A DNA stretch of 64,000 nt from an uncultured virus (IMG/VR IMGVR_UViG_3300046653_000062) (taxonomy: Duplodnaviria > Heunggongvirae > Uroviricota > Caudoviricetes): the IMG/VR virus record IMGVR_UViG_3300046653_000062, one strand, 5' to 3'. The position numbers and the translations under genes are program-made. This document shows positions 37,636 through 47,335 of the stretch, in pieces; within the stretch, counting starts at the first letter, position 1, and each line of letters begins with the position of its first letter. The notes under the pieces are model-generated. The model ran no database searches, was not told where the DNA came from, and saw only the letters and a list, made by a program, of their open reading frames with translations.

Positions 37636-38735
37636 CTGATAACGCAGAAACCATGGCCGCCAGGACCGCCGAGGCCGTTAACTGCGGCGCCATAACCGCC
37701 GCCGCCTCCACCGCCGCCATACACGCCCCCCGCGCCGCCCGGGTCGGCGTTCGTCAAAGAAGGGCCGCCGCCGCCCGCGCCGGCGCCGCCGCCCGCGCCG
37801 CCAGCCATGGCGTAAACGTAGTCGGATTTGCCGTTCTCGCCGCTGCCGCCCAGGGTGGCCATAACAGCAGCCGTCCCCGCGCTGCCCAGGCCGCCGGTTC
37901 CCTGTCCCCGCACGCCGTCGCTTGAGCCGCCATGCGATCCGTTGTTGGTCGCCGTCGTGTCAGACGCATTCGAGCCGGGGCCTTCTGGCCCAGCCGCGCC
38001 GCCGCCGCCAGTTCCGCCCGTGTTCCCTGGGCCGATGGCCGCCAGACCGCCGTCACCGCCTGAATAGGTCAGGTCGCCGATGCACGCCGACGCCTGACCG
38101 CCGCGCCCTATGGTTGGGCCTGGGAGCGTCGTCAGGTCCGGCGCGAAGCCGCCTTGGGCCGAGCATCCGTTCGCTGTGCTCGTAGGCGCGGCGTTGGTTA
38201 ACGAAGCCCAGGTGTTCGCCCCGTTCCCGCCAGCGGTCCCACCGGGCGCGACGAAGACGTAAATGAACGAGCCGCCGGTGACCGGGATTCTTAGCGTGCG
38301 GGAAAACGCCGTGCCGCCGCCGCCTATGTTGGGGTAGGAGCCGTTCAGAACGGAGCCGGAGGCCCCGGAGCCGTAGCAGTCGGTGAGAAATCCAGACGCC
38401 CATGAGGGGACCGGAACCTGAACTACCACCCCCACGGTGGCGATAAAGACAGGCGTGGCGTAGCCGCCCGCTTCGTCAATCGCGTACGTCTCGGTGCGCG
38501 GCTGGTAAATCGGAGGCGGGTCAGCGGGGATAATGACAGGGCGAAGGAAGACAGACGGCTTGTCCATACAGGTCATGCAGACCTGGAGCCGTTTATTCAT
38601 TAACTTATTGCCCTGCCACTGGTACTGCCAATCAAGGGAGTAACGATTGTATAGTATGCCACACCGGGAACATATGGCGAAAGCCGCCGGAGCAAGCGGG
38701 TCAACAACGGCTCTTCCGTGCGGTCTATACGCCAT
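37623..38735 (-). CDS. Glycine-rich tail fibre-like protein with N-terminal Cys4 domain
   Basis: CSRCG...VCMTCMDKP..DPP; poly-Gly C-terminus ending GGHGFCVIRW. Confidence 0.75.
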   Translation of the reverse strand: MAYRPHGRAVVDPLAPAAFAICSRCGILYNRYSLDWQYQWQGNKLMNKRLQVCMTCMDKPSVFLRPVIIPADPPPIYQPRTETYAIDEAGGYATPVFIATVGVVVQVPVPSWASGFLTDCYGSGASGSVLNGSYPNIGGGGTAFSRTLRIPVTGGSFIYVFVAPGGTAGGNGANTWASLTNAAPTSTANGCSAQGGFAPDLTTLPGPTIGRGGQASACIGDLTYSGGDGGLAAIGPGNTGGTGGGGAAGPEGPGSNASDTTATNNGSHGGSSDGVRGQGTGGLGSAGTAAVMATLGGSGENGKSDYVYAMAGGAGGGAGAGGGGPSLTNADPGGAGGVYGGGGGGGGYGAAVNGLGGPGGHGFCVIRWLQ

Positions 38736-38743
38736 TACCTATC

Positions 38744-39448
38744 TCATCTGAAGTACCCCTGCAAACCGGGGACTACATACATGTTAACGTTCTCTTGGTC
38801 TGTCTCCGAAGCAAGTATAAGCTTCTTTTCGTACTGCGCTTCAAGACTATCCGCCAGATTTGGACGGCTTTTATCTGGATGAAAGACGGCGAGCCGTGCG
38901 GCTAGACCATAGGTGAACGCGTCAATGAACCGATACGGCGCGTCTAATGTCTGACCATTCGCCGGGTTTACATCCTGAACCTGTCTGAAGGTCGTAAGAT
39001 TCAGTGTGTATGTGTAATTCGTGTCGGGCGGATAATACAGAGTAATTGTGGGGGCCGGAACAGCCAAATTCAGCCAATAGGCGTTTGGGAAGCCTGTTTG
39101 GCTTTTGTTTGGGATCGCCGCGTACTCGGTCGCCGACATAGAGGTCAATAAGCGATCATTGACGGCCCCGCCGAGCGTGATGCTGATATAGGCCGCGCCA
39201 ATCGCTATCGTGCGATTTGGGAGAGTGTATGTGGGAACCGGGCTTGTGAGAACGATCGGAACCTGTTCCAGCAGCCACTGATTCGGGTTGCGGTTGCTGA
39301 AGTCGATCATGACCATATTGGCCGCGAAATTCGCGTTCGCCAGATGCTCTTGAACGGGTTCCGTTCGGCGGACGCCGATCATGCCGAAGGCCGCCGCGAA
39401 TATTTCCGCCGCAGGGGGGTTGAACGCGTATGTGCCGCTTGAAGTCAT
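38744..39448 (-). CDS. Head-tail connector/adaptor protein
   Basis: MT.SGTY.FNP, Y..IPNK...G.P, D.PYRF..A...GLA..LA. Confidence 0.7.
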   Translation of the reverse strand: MTSSGTYAFNPPAAEIFAAAFGMIGVRRTEPVQEHLANANFAANMVMIDFSNRNPNQWLLEQVPIVLTSPVPTYTLPNRTIAIGAAYISITLGGAVNDRLLTSMSATEYAAIPNKSQTGFPNAYWLNLAVPAPTITLYYPPDTNYTYTLNLTTFRQVQDVNPANGQTLDAPYRFIDAFTYGLAARLAVFHPDKSRPNLADSLEAQYEKKLILASETDQENVNMYVVPGLQGYFR

Positions 39449-39468
39449 TTTAGCCCCCGTGAGCGGCT

Positions 39469-40308
39469 TTACAGGCCCACTTTACTGCGTAAAAAGGTGT
39501 CGAGACTCGCTCGGTCGCCTGCTGAAAGAACCTGCCCCACCACTACCTGATAGACGTTGGCGGTGATGAGAAAACCGCTGCCAGCCCAGCCGCAGAGACC
39601 TGTGGCGGGTGAAGTCGCATTGGCTGTGAGCCCTGCTGTCTGCGATGCTGTCGGGCCTACAATGGCTGTCCCGTTCTTATAAAGCGTGGTCGTCGCGCCA
39701 GAGTAATCGTGGACGCCGATATATGACTGTATAGTGGTGTCTGTGGTTCCTACGGCGATAGTCGAGAAAGCGTCGCCTGTGATGCGTCGACCAGAGAATT
39801 CGTAGCCGATGCCGTTGTTTGAGTATGACAGCTCGATGAGTTCACCGCCAGCCGGGGTCTCCGCGCTCCATATCATCCCGGCGACGGAAGACTGAATGGC
39901 CGCTCCAGCGAACAGGAGTGGAGCGTTCTGGACTATGCCTGTCACGCCGCCGATAAGAACCTTTGCGCCATTGCAGGCGAGGTACGGGCGCAAGCTGCCG
40001 TCAAGCGTCAGAACAGGGCAGTTTGCCGCCGTTGGCTGCGTCATGTGGTTGCCAGCGCCCGACTTGTCGTTGATGGCGCAGACGTTCTGGCCAGCGGCCG
40101 TAACCGGTGTGGTCTTCGCCTGATCCTGGAACATGGTCGAGAAGTCGGATGGATCATACCATGAGAACGGAGCCGTCAGGCTGGCTGGCGTCCAGGCTGG
40201 CGCGGCTCCGCTCTGCTTGCCCACGCCCAACAACATGCCCTGGCCAAGAGCGGCGCCCGCCGCCACAGCCAGCAGGCACACCGCGCAGGCGATCGTCCTT
40301 CTCATCAT
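39469..40308 (-). CDS. Beta-sandwich (lectin-like) protein with signal-like N-terminus
   Basis: WTPASL...WYD.SD.ST.FQ...DKSG.GNH.TQ.T...P; C-terminal L..K.GL. Confidence 0.65.
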   Translation of the reverse strand: MMRRTIACAVCLLAVAAGAALGQGMLLGVGKQSGAAPAWTPASLTAPFSWYDPSDFSTMFQDQAKTTPVTAAGQNVCAINDKSGAGNHMTQPTAANCPVLTLDGSLRPYLACNGAKVLIGGVTGIVQNAPLLFAGAAIQSSVAGMIWSAETPAGGELIELSYSNNGIGYEFSGRRITGDAFSTIAVGTTDTTIQSYIGVHDYSGATTTLYKNGTAIVGPTASQTAGLTANATSPATGLCGWAGSGFLITANVYQVVVGQVLSAGDRASLDTFLRSKVGL

Positions 40309-42407
40309 TTATACCCCACGTTGATAGCTACGCCGACTGCGGCGCTTGTGGCGTCCGCGTCGGCAATCGCGCCGGTCAGGCAGAAACCAATGCCTGTGGT
40401 GAAGTTCAAGCCTATGAACGGGTTGATGGTGAGCCCGGAGCCCGTGGCCGACGCCGGGACAGGCAGCGTATGGACTGGCGTATCGGTGCCGCAGGTCGGT
40501 GCGGTCGCCTTATCGTACAGCTTCAGATAGTAAATCGTCGCGGTGGTGTTCACCGCCGTGATGCTGAACAGCGTCCCCGCCGTCGCCTTCACGTTGGTGC
40601 TGTTCGTCGTGGCGCCGCTGAGATAGTGCGCTGGGGTCGCCCCCGCTACAGTCCAGTCTCTGCTGTTGGTGTACAGGCTCCCATCGGCGTCGAGCTGGTG
40701 GGCTGCGGTCTGGCCGGTCGTCAGGGTCGGAGGAGTTGCGTTATAGACGCCTCCGGTCACCAAAGATTTGGCTGGAGCCGTTCCGGGAGCAATGGCGGCG
40801 TCTGCGTTGGTGGCGACAAGATTGGTCGTGCCGGGCGTCGTCTGATCGATGCCCACCTTGCCGATGATGTTAGCGGTCGCGCCCATGAGGAGCTGACCCG
40901 ACGTGTCAGTCTTCAGGGTGTAGGTGTTCGTGCCGTTCCAGCCGCCAACGCGCACCGGGTTTCCAGCGGAAGCCGACGCTTCAGCGCCTACGCCTGTAGC
41001 CGTCACCGTGGGGTTTGAGCCGATGTTGACGCGGTCGGTGCCCTGCGCGGCGAGCGTGGTGACAACCGCCGTGCCCGTCACAGCAGCGGACGACGTGACG
41101 CGCCATTGGGCGTGCCCCGCGACTTCCACCGTCCAGATGCCGGTGGCGCCTGACGCGATCGTACTGCTGAACACGCTCGTGTTGTCGTTCTGGAACGGTG
41201 CCCCGCCAGCGGTGACCCAGTTGGCCCCGTCATTGGTGAGCTGCAAAATCAGCGTCCCCGTCCAAGTCCCGGAAACCTGGATGGTGCCGACGCCGCGCCC
41301 ATCTGTTGACATGGTGACGGCTGACCCGGCTGTAGCCGCGCCGGGAAGATTCAGGTTCTGGGTGGTGATGCTGCCGGACGTCAGGATATTTGAGGCGTAG
41401 GCATTCAGACCGCCATCGGCGTCCATCTGCAACGGGGCCGTCTGGCCTGTCGTCAAAGTCGGCGGCGTGGAGTTGTAAATGCCGCCGATGATTTGAGTCT
41501 TCGACGGCGCGGTTCCGGGGACTGTCCCGGTCATGTCGGCGGAGTCGTTCGTCAGCCACGCGGTCGTGTTGGCGGTGTTCCCAGGCTGGACAGTCCATGT
41601 CCCGCTCTCAGTGACCGCGACTGTGTTGTTCGGGCTGATCGCCACCACGGCGGCAGGGTCAGTCGCAGCCGCCGCCGTTGACGCCGCCTTGACTGCGGCG
41701 GTGTTGCCGCCCGCCGAAATCGACATAAGCCATGGGGTCGTATTTGCAGTGTTCCCAGGCTGGACGGTCCATGTTCCCGACTCGGTCGCGGCGACGGTGT
41801 AAGTCGAGTCTGTTGAAACAGCGACACGGAGCGCGCCGGTTCCCGAAGCGCCAGTTCCCACCAGCGGCGTAACGCCGTTGATGCCGGTCAGGTTGGTGCT
41901 CGAGCCGGCTGTTGATGGGATAGTCCCGAACGCAGGGAGCCCCGCGCCGCCTGAAATATCAAGGGCCGAGGTCGAGGCGGCGGTGATGGCGGCGATATAG
42001 GTGTTCGCGCCTGGGGAGTCGGCGATGCAGATGCCAGCGGGCAGTTTAATGTCAGTCGTCGCGGCGGTGACCGTGTTCGTCCCAAACTTATAGTAGACGA
42101 TGTTTGAGCCGCTGTTGCAGAGGATAACCGAGGTTCCCGCAGGCAAAGCGACGTTTGCCGTCACGGTGGTGACCGCGAGGGGAACCTGAGCCGTCGGGGC
42201 GAACGGCGTGATGGTGGCGGACGCCGAGACGACAGCGGCCGTGCAGAGCTGGCCGGTGACGTCCTGAGTGCATGTCCTGTTGCTTCCGGCCGAGTATGTG
42301 GCGGTCGCGCACGAGGACACGACTTGACACACGGCGTTGCTCTGCGCCTCGGCGTCGACTAAGCCTAGCGCGAGGAACGCGCCAGCCAGAAGGAACCGTT
42401 TAAACAT
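40305..42407 (-). CDS. Repeat-rich fibre/spike-like protein with Sec-type signal peptide
   Basis: MFKRFLLAGAFLALGLVDAEA-Q; TESGTWTVQPGNTANTT x2; GG.YN.TPPTLTTGQ x2; YLKLYDKATAP..GTD C-terminal domain. Confidence 0.7.
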   Translation of the reverse strand: MFKRFLLAGAFLALGLVDAEAQSNAVCQVVSSCATATYSAGSNRTCTQDVTGQLCTAAVVSASATITPFAPTAQVPLAVTTVTANVALPAGTSVILCNSGSNIVYYKFGTNTVTAATTDIKLPAGICIADSPGANTYIAAITAASTSALDISGGAGLPAFGTIPSTAGSSTNLTGINGVTPLVGTGASGTGALRVAVSTDSTYTVAATESGTWTVQPGNTANTTPWLMSISAGGNTAAVKAASTAAAATDPAAVVAISPNNTVAVTESGTWTVQPGNTANTTAWLTNDSADMTGTVPGTAPSKTQIIGGIYNSTPPTLTTGQTAPLQMDADGGLNAYASNILTSGSITTQNLNLPGAATAGSAVTMSTDGRGVGTIQVSGTWTGTLILQLTNDGANWVTAGGAPFQNDNTSVFSSTIASGATGIWTVEVAGHAQWRVTSSAAVTGTAVVTTLAAQGTDRVNIGSNPTVTATGVGAEASASAGNPVRVGGWNGTNTYTLKTDTSGQLLMGATANIIGKVGIDQTTPGTTNLVATNADAAIAPGTAPAKSLVTGGVYNATPPTLTTGQTAAHQLDADGSLYTNSRDWTVAGATPAHYLSGATTNSTNVKATAGTLFSITAVNTTATIYYLKLYDKATAPTCGTDTPVHTLPVPASATGSGLTINPFIGLNFTTGIGFCLTGAIADADATSAAVGVAINVGYK

Positions 42408-42417
42408 GCTGCTTCTC

Positions 42418-43080
42418 CTAGATGCTCGGGGAAGCGTGCTGCGTTATGGACGCTTTCACGGACCCGGCGCCAGAGTTCAGTGTGAGCTGGAAGAACAAGG
42501 GGCATGCAGGGTAGGACGCCTGACTGGACACTGCAAGCGCCGTCAAAATCGGGTCTGCGATCCATACCATATTGGGGACGCCAAGATACGACTGGGTCGC
42601 TGCGACATAATCGTTCGGGTTGTCCTGACTGGAGCGCAGGGAGTAGTTGGCTATGCCGGTGACGTTCACCTGAACGAGCGCTGGCCCAAACCCGAACGGG
42701 TCAAGCTGCACCGGGCGACTGTCCGCAACGCCATTGGTCCCGATCGTGATTGTGCTGGCGGTGGCCGCCGAAGTGGTGATGCGGGTTACTGTCTTGAAAG
42801 AGACGCCGAAGTCTGCTGCGCCAATCGCTGCGCCCGCAACGCGGGCCTGGATCGGTTGCCCGCTCCAGTCGGTTCCATACGCGGTGAACGTGACGGTGGA
42901 GTCGTTGCCCGCGCTCGTAATGATGACGTGGCGTGGCAGGTCCAGCACCGCCACGCCACCAACGACAAGAGAAGCATTCAGGAGAAGGTTACCCGCTCCC
43001 GCTGGCGTCTGCGTGGCCCCGATATTTGCTGCGTTCGCCGTCGCGAGAGGTCCAACCGTAACCTGAATAACTCTGCTCAT
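42418..43080 (-). CDS. Putative virion structural protein
   Basis: QTP.GAG.L.LN, PR.V.ITS.GND...FT.YGTD. Confidence 0.65.
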   Translation of the reverse strand: MSRVIQVTVGPLATANAANIGATQTPAGAGNLLLNASLVVGGVAVLDLPRHVIITSAGNDSTVTFTAYGTDWSGQPIQARVAGAAIGAADFGVSFKTVTRITTSAATASTITIGTNGVADSRPVQLDPFGFGPALVQVNVTGIANYSLRSSQDNPNDYVAATQSYLGVPNMVWIADPILTALAVSSQASYPACPLFFQLTLNSGAGSVKASITQHASPSI

Positions 43081-43102
43081 CTGTCGCCCCGTTTAAACGC
43101 CG

Positions 43103-43300
43103 TCAACCGTGAAGTTTGCTTAGAGTCTTCGCCAAATTCGCGCGACGGCGCACTGTTGGGTTGGACGAATGCTCAGCTTTCGTCAGCTTCTTAGCGGGGA
43201 TTTGCTCGCCGAGCGGCACGCCGAGCGCCCTGTGAAGGGCGCCAGGATGCTTTATCGCCCCGGCGATCCAATTACCGCCGCCATCAGCCCGGTTAATGGC
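43103..43300 (-). CDS. Small basic phage protein (WI.GAIKHPGAL type), start uncertain
   Basis: NWIAGAIKHPGALHRALGVP.G..IPAKKL.KA...RRANLAKTL.K; no nearby in-frame ATG. Confidence 0.55.
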   Translation of the reverse strand, partial: AINRADGGGNWIAGAIKHPGALHRALGVPLGEQIPAKKLTKAEHSSNPTVRRRANLAKTLSKLHG

Positions 43301-43811
43301 AGGACCCGCCGCCCTTATGCCTAAGACCCCTCCCGGCGGAGCTGTACGGGCTGCTGTCCGCGCCTCCGCCTGAAGCCTTGTGTTCACTGTGATGATGCCC
43401 GCCGCCATGAGTATGGTGGCTCGCAACGCCGCCATGGCCTTCATGAACTACGGGCATGCCGTCGTGGCCGTGATGCTTGCCATGGTGGCCGGGATGCGAT
43501 GGGTGACCGCCGCCATGATGCACCGCGCCGCCCCGCTTCCGATCGAGCCTCGCCTTACCTGCGACACCACCGATCTTGCCGATATTGTGCTTGCCGTGCT
43601 CGGCTTCCTTGACCACAAACGGGTTGCCGTCAGCCTTTTCAGGCAGCTTGCCGCCGTCAGCCTTTTCAGGCAGCTTGCCGCCGTCAGCCTTGTGGTGCTT
43701 GCCGCGCTTCAGGCCCTTATGCCCCTTATGACCCACGTGACCGCCGTGCTTATGCTCCTCGCGGCCTTCGTGCTCGTGCTCTTTCTCGTGCTCTTTGTGG
43801 TGCCTCGCCAT
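43293..43811 (-). CDS. His/Gly/Lys-rich protein
   Basis: AGGAGG RBS; 27-bp repeat encoding KADGGKLPE. Confidence 0.75.
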   Translation of the reverse strand: MARHHKEHEKEHEHEGREEHKHGGHVGHKGHKGLKRGKHHKADGGKLPEKADGGKLPEKADGNPFVVKEAEHGKHNIGKIGGVAGKARLDRKRGGAVHHGGGHPSHPGHHGKHHGHDGMPVVHEGHGGVASHHTHGGGHHHSEHKASGGGADSSPYSSAGRGLRHKGGGSCH

Positions 43812-43827
43812 TGCGAAAGCCCTCCTA

Positions 43828-44775
43828 TTAGACCGGCGTCTGGCCGAACATGCCCAAAATCATGGCCGCGTTTGATGTGACAGCCATATTGGAGACCGGC
43901 ACGGTGATGAACGCGATCATACGCTTTGTCCCGTCCGCAGCGCTTGATGAAGGCGTAAAGGTGCCTCGCACGTCGCCCGTTGTCGTAGTCGCAGGGTTCG
44001 TGACGTCCGCCGCCGTGAACTGGGCCGCCACCTGCGCGGCGTTGTTCCACCACAAACTGACGTATGGGAAGCTGGTGACCTTGATCGGAAAGCCGAAAAT
44101 ATCGGCGGTTCCGATGCTAACCGTCTGCGAGGAGCTGCCGCTCGGGGTCACCGAGGCAATCCACTTCCACGTCTTCTTGCCGTTCACGGTGCCGGTCGCG
44201 GGGCCGGTGATGGCCTCGGTCTGCGGCTGGCCGTAAATGTCGTAGCCGACGACGGTGAACACGATGCCCGCAAGCGTAGTGCCGCCCGCAGTGATCGAGA
44301 CCGCGCGCGAACCAAGAGTGGTTGGGTCCCAGATATCCGCATAGCTCGATGACCCAGCGGATAAACCCGCAGGCTTCGCGCCGATGCGGAGCGCCGTCAC
44401 AGTCGCGCCCGTAGCGTAGTTCTTGAACGTATCGCCCACGGTGATGTCGCCCGCCGTGACCGAAGCCAGGGTGAGCGCAACGCCTGTCGACATAGTCTGA
44501 AGAGCCGCGATGTTCGCTGTTGCGGCGATCGCCGGGGCGAAATCCACGGCGATAATATCCGGGCTCGCCCAGCCAAGAACAGTTGGGGAGTCCGGAGTCT
44601 GCCCGGTGTAGAAGGTATACGCCGGGCGCGGGTCGAGGATGCTGATTCCGCCATAGAACATGGAGGGGCCTGCATCGGGGTTCTGATTGGCCGAGCGAGC
44701 GGCGGTCCCCGGAGGGGTCGCCTCATTCCCGTAAACAATCAGAGGACCGCTGATAGCGCTCTTAGCCATATCCAA
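43828..44775 (-). CDS. Putative capsid decoration / minor structural protein
   Basis: Directly after the capsid gene; V.GYD.YGQ...E, GKK..K.I, GT.D.FG.P, ATTTTGDVRGT. Confidence 0.7.
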   Translation of the reverse strand: MDMAKSAISGPLIVYGNEATPPGTAARSANQNPDAGPSMFYGGISILDPRPAYTFYTGQTPDSPTVLGWASPDIIAVDFAPAIAATANIAALQTMSTGVALTLASVTAGDITVGDTFKNYATGATVTALRIGAKPAGLSAGSSSYADIWDPTTLGSRAVSITAGGTTLAGIVFTVVGYDIYGQPQTEAITGPATGTVNGKKTWKWIASVTPSGSSSQTVSIGTADIFGFPIKVTSFPYVSLWWNNAAQVAAQFTAADVTNPATTTTGDVRGTFTPSSSAADGTKRMIAFITVPVSNMAVTSNAAMILGMFGQTPV

Positions 44776-44783
44776 AGTCCTCC

Positions 44784-45713
44784 TTAAGACGTCGGCATGC
44801 TGCCGTACAAGCAGCGTGGGTCGTTGTAGAAGAACCCGGCTCTTTGGTAACCTTTGACCAACAAATTGTCGGTCATGAAGTCGACGTGCATATCCAGCTC
44901 GAACGGAACACGATCGATATGGATAAGACCCTCAACGTCCGTCTTGATGAACCAAGCATAGGACGAAGTCAGGTAATCGAAAATCTCGAAGTCGTGCAGG
45001 CCGCCCGACAGTGTATGAATGGCGTTCGGGTCGTTGTCGGTGGTGCCCGGCCGCAACTCGGCTTTGATCAAGCGAATGCAGACGTCTTCTAGCGCGATTG
45101 GAGCACAGAGAAGGCGGCCGCGCGCGCGGATTTTCAGCCCGGCCTCGTTCACGAACCCGGCGCGAATCTGCTTTAGACCTGCGATGAGGGTGGCCTCGTT
45201 GAGGTCTACATCAACGCTCGGCCGGTTGGCCCACGAGCCGCCGACGAACGGTGAAGTTTCTGTAAGCGGATGCGCGGCGTTGAGCAACGAAACACCGTCA
45301 CCACCGATGGACGCATTATATGTGCCAGCGGTGTTCAGGATATTCATTGCCTGAATCTCCCAGTAGTCCGCGAACGACTTAGCCAACCCAAGATTCATTG
45401 GGTTGAAATCGTGCTTGTACAGGTTATCGTCGATCGCCTTACGAGTGATGGCGTAGCCAAGACCCGCCTCGATTGGCTCCATGTTGTAAATCCAACGCTG
45501 TCCGGCATTGTTGTCGAACAGAGTCTGCGCGCCTTCTTCCTTCAGCGCGGCAAGCTGCAAGTAACGAGCCTGGACAGTACGTTCAATCTGCATTTTAGAC
45601 TGAATCGTGCGGAACAGACGCCGCCACTGCGGCTCGATCTGCCTGTACTGACCCGTGATAGCCGCGAGACCTGGGAGTAGAAGGTCGCGTTCGGCTGCGA
45701 GATTAATAGCCAT
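44784..45713 (-). CDS. Major capsid protein
   Basis: LLPGL, K.EG....D, LGYAIT..AIDDNLY, GGDGV.L....HP, DLNE..L, YLT...AWF.KTD; 309 aa; lies in the head module. Confidence 0.85.
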   Translation of the reverse strand: MAINLAAERDLLLPGLAAITGQYRQIEPQWRRLFRTIQSKMQIERTVQARYLQLAALKEEGAQTLFDNNAGQRWIYNMEPIEAGLGYAITRKAIDDNLYKHDFNPMNLGLAKSFADYWEIQAMNILNTAGTYNASIGGDGVSLLNAAHPLTETSPFVGGSWANRPSVDVDLNEATLIAGLKQIRAGFVNEAGLKIRARGRLLCAPIALEDVCIRLIKAELRPGTTDNDPNAIHTLSGGLHDFEIFDYLTSSYAWFIKTDVEGLIHIDRVPFELDMHVDFMTDNLLVKGYQRAGFFYNDPRCLYGSMPTS

Positions 45714-45727
45714 AGTTCGCGCTCCTC

Positions 45728-46333
45728 TTAGATACCAGTCATCTGCGCAGTGTTCGGCGTCACTACGGCAAGGTTATATGGGGTTGTGTTGTCTGCGCCC
45801 GGCGCGCCGGGTGGGGCATAGTCGGACCACAGGCCAACCACACGGAATGGAAGGGTTGGAGTCGTGGTCGGGGCGCCGAGAGTAGCGCCGGAAAGGCCAA
45901 GCGATCCGCCAAGGATATGGCCGGTGCCCAGAACGATATCCGCGTTCTTACCGATGTCAGAAAGCGCAATCGGGGTCGTTGAGCTACTGGCCTGGATGAC
46001 GAAAAGCGGGGCTGGGAAGCTGTCGCACGGGATGACGTACACGGTCCCGTCCGTTGTGGAGTCGTTGCCCGGCCAGAACGTGTTCTGGGTGGTGCGGCCA
46101 AGGGCGGTCGACAGATATTTCGCGCCCCAGAACACGCCTACCAAGTAGGATGCGGGCTGACCGTTCACCCAATAATCGGTGTATCCGGTGTTCAGGCGAA
46201 TAAGAGGGTCACCGCGATAGAAAGCGTGCGTATTACCCGCAGCGACTTTCCACGCCTGGAGTTGAAACGTTGGCTGCGCCGCGCCGTAAATCCCTAGCGG
46301 GCGCAATCCGAACGGGGAGTTCGTGTTGGCCAT
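45728..46333 (-). CDS. Capsid-associated structural protein
   Basis: MAN.N.PFGLRP...GD.....G...GVF.G..Y; directly upstream of the capsid gene. Confidence 0.7.
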   Translation of the reverse strand: MANTNSPFGLRPLGIYGAAQPTFQLQAWKVAAGNTHAFYRGDPLIRLNTGYTDYWVNGQPASYLVGVFWGAKYLSTALGRTTQNTFWPGNDSTTDGTVYVIPCDSFPAPLFVIQASSSTTPIALSDIGKNADIVLGTGHILGGSLGLSGATLGAPTTTPTLPFRVVGLWSDYAPPGAPGADNTTPYNLAVVTPNTAQMTGI

Positions 46334-46546
46334 TTCTTAAATCCTGGGTTGGGTTATCCGGCTTTGCTTTCAACGTTCCCCGGCGCGGAGACGGAACAGC
46401 TTTACCTGGGTTTGCGCTTTCAACGCCGAGACGGAACTGCGCGGCATGCTTTTCTCTCGTCCTCAACGCCGAGGCGGAATGACGAGCCTGCTGAACTGTG
46501 GGGGTCAGCCTAAAACCAACAAAAGACTGGCCCCCGTTACGCACTA

Positions 46547-47335
46547 CTAGAATTCGTTATCACCAGCAATGGTGTGCGACGGAGCCCAACTTGGGTCTGC
46601 CTGCTCACGAACTGCTCGCAAAAGCGTGTCTCTCTGCGCCTGGGGGTGGTTCACGTCGAAGTAATCATCACGCTTCGACTCGATACCCCAATTCCGTTGC
46701 CTCATGAGAACCTGCTCACGGGCGCTATGCTGTTCTTCACGCCGAGCTGCGTTTGTCAATCCAACAGGACGCTCCATTAAAATCATGCCGTCATGCTGAA
46801 CTGCTTCGTTCTCTTCTCCCGAGAAGACGCCGGGAAGCCTGTCGTTAAGAACAGGCCGCCAGCCGCCGTCTCTTTGGAGCCGAGAAATATAAACACCACG
46901 CTCTTCATTGTAGACGAACCGGGTTTTCCATTCAAGAGTATACCCCTCTTCTAGAGTAGCTTCCACAAACTCTGTCGGGAGGTCAAATGGGTTCGACGCC
47001 GCGAACTGCGCGCGCCGGGTCACGGTCTCGCCGTCGCGGCCGATAGCCGTTGTGACAGCGCTCTCTCGGGCCTGTGGGCGCTGGGGCGCGCGCGCCTCGA
47101 CGCGGATTTCTCTGCGGTCTGCAACCTGCTTGCCGAGCGCAGAAATTTGACCCGCCATCTCTTTTTGAGAGGCGGTCATCATTTGCATAAACTGCGCCAT
47201 CTGACCCGCAAGGGCGTCAACAGCGCTAACTTCGGCCTCATCGGCCTTAGGTTCTGGGGCTTTCGCCATAGGGAGTTCCTTCGGAGTTGCCGGGATTTTA
47301 GCCGCCTTACGCCAGTTGTACGGAGCTTTAGACAC
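46547..47335 (-). CDS. Hypothetical head-module protein
   Basis: Y..EWK...GW.PV...G.ILMERP. Confidence 0.7.
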   Translation of the reverse strand: MSKAPYNWRKAAKIPATPKELPMAKAPEPKADEAEVSAVDALAGQMAQFMQMMTASQKEMAGQISALGKQVADRREIRVEARAPQRPQARESAVTTAIGRDGETVTRRAQFAASNPFDLPTEFVEATLEEGYTLEWKTRFVYNEERGVYISRLQRDGGWRPVLNDRLPGVFSGEENEAVQHDGMILMERPVGLTNAARREEQHSAREQVLMRQRNWGIESKRDDYFDVNHPQAQRDTLLRAVREQADPSWAPSHTIAGDNEF

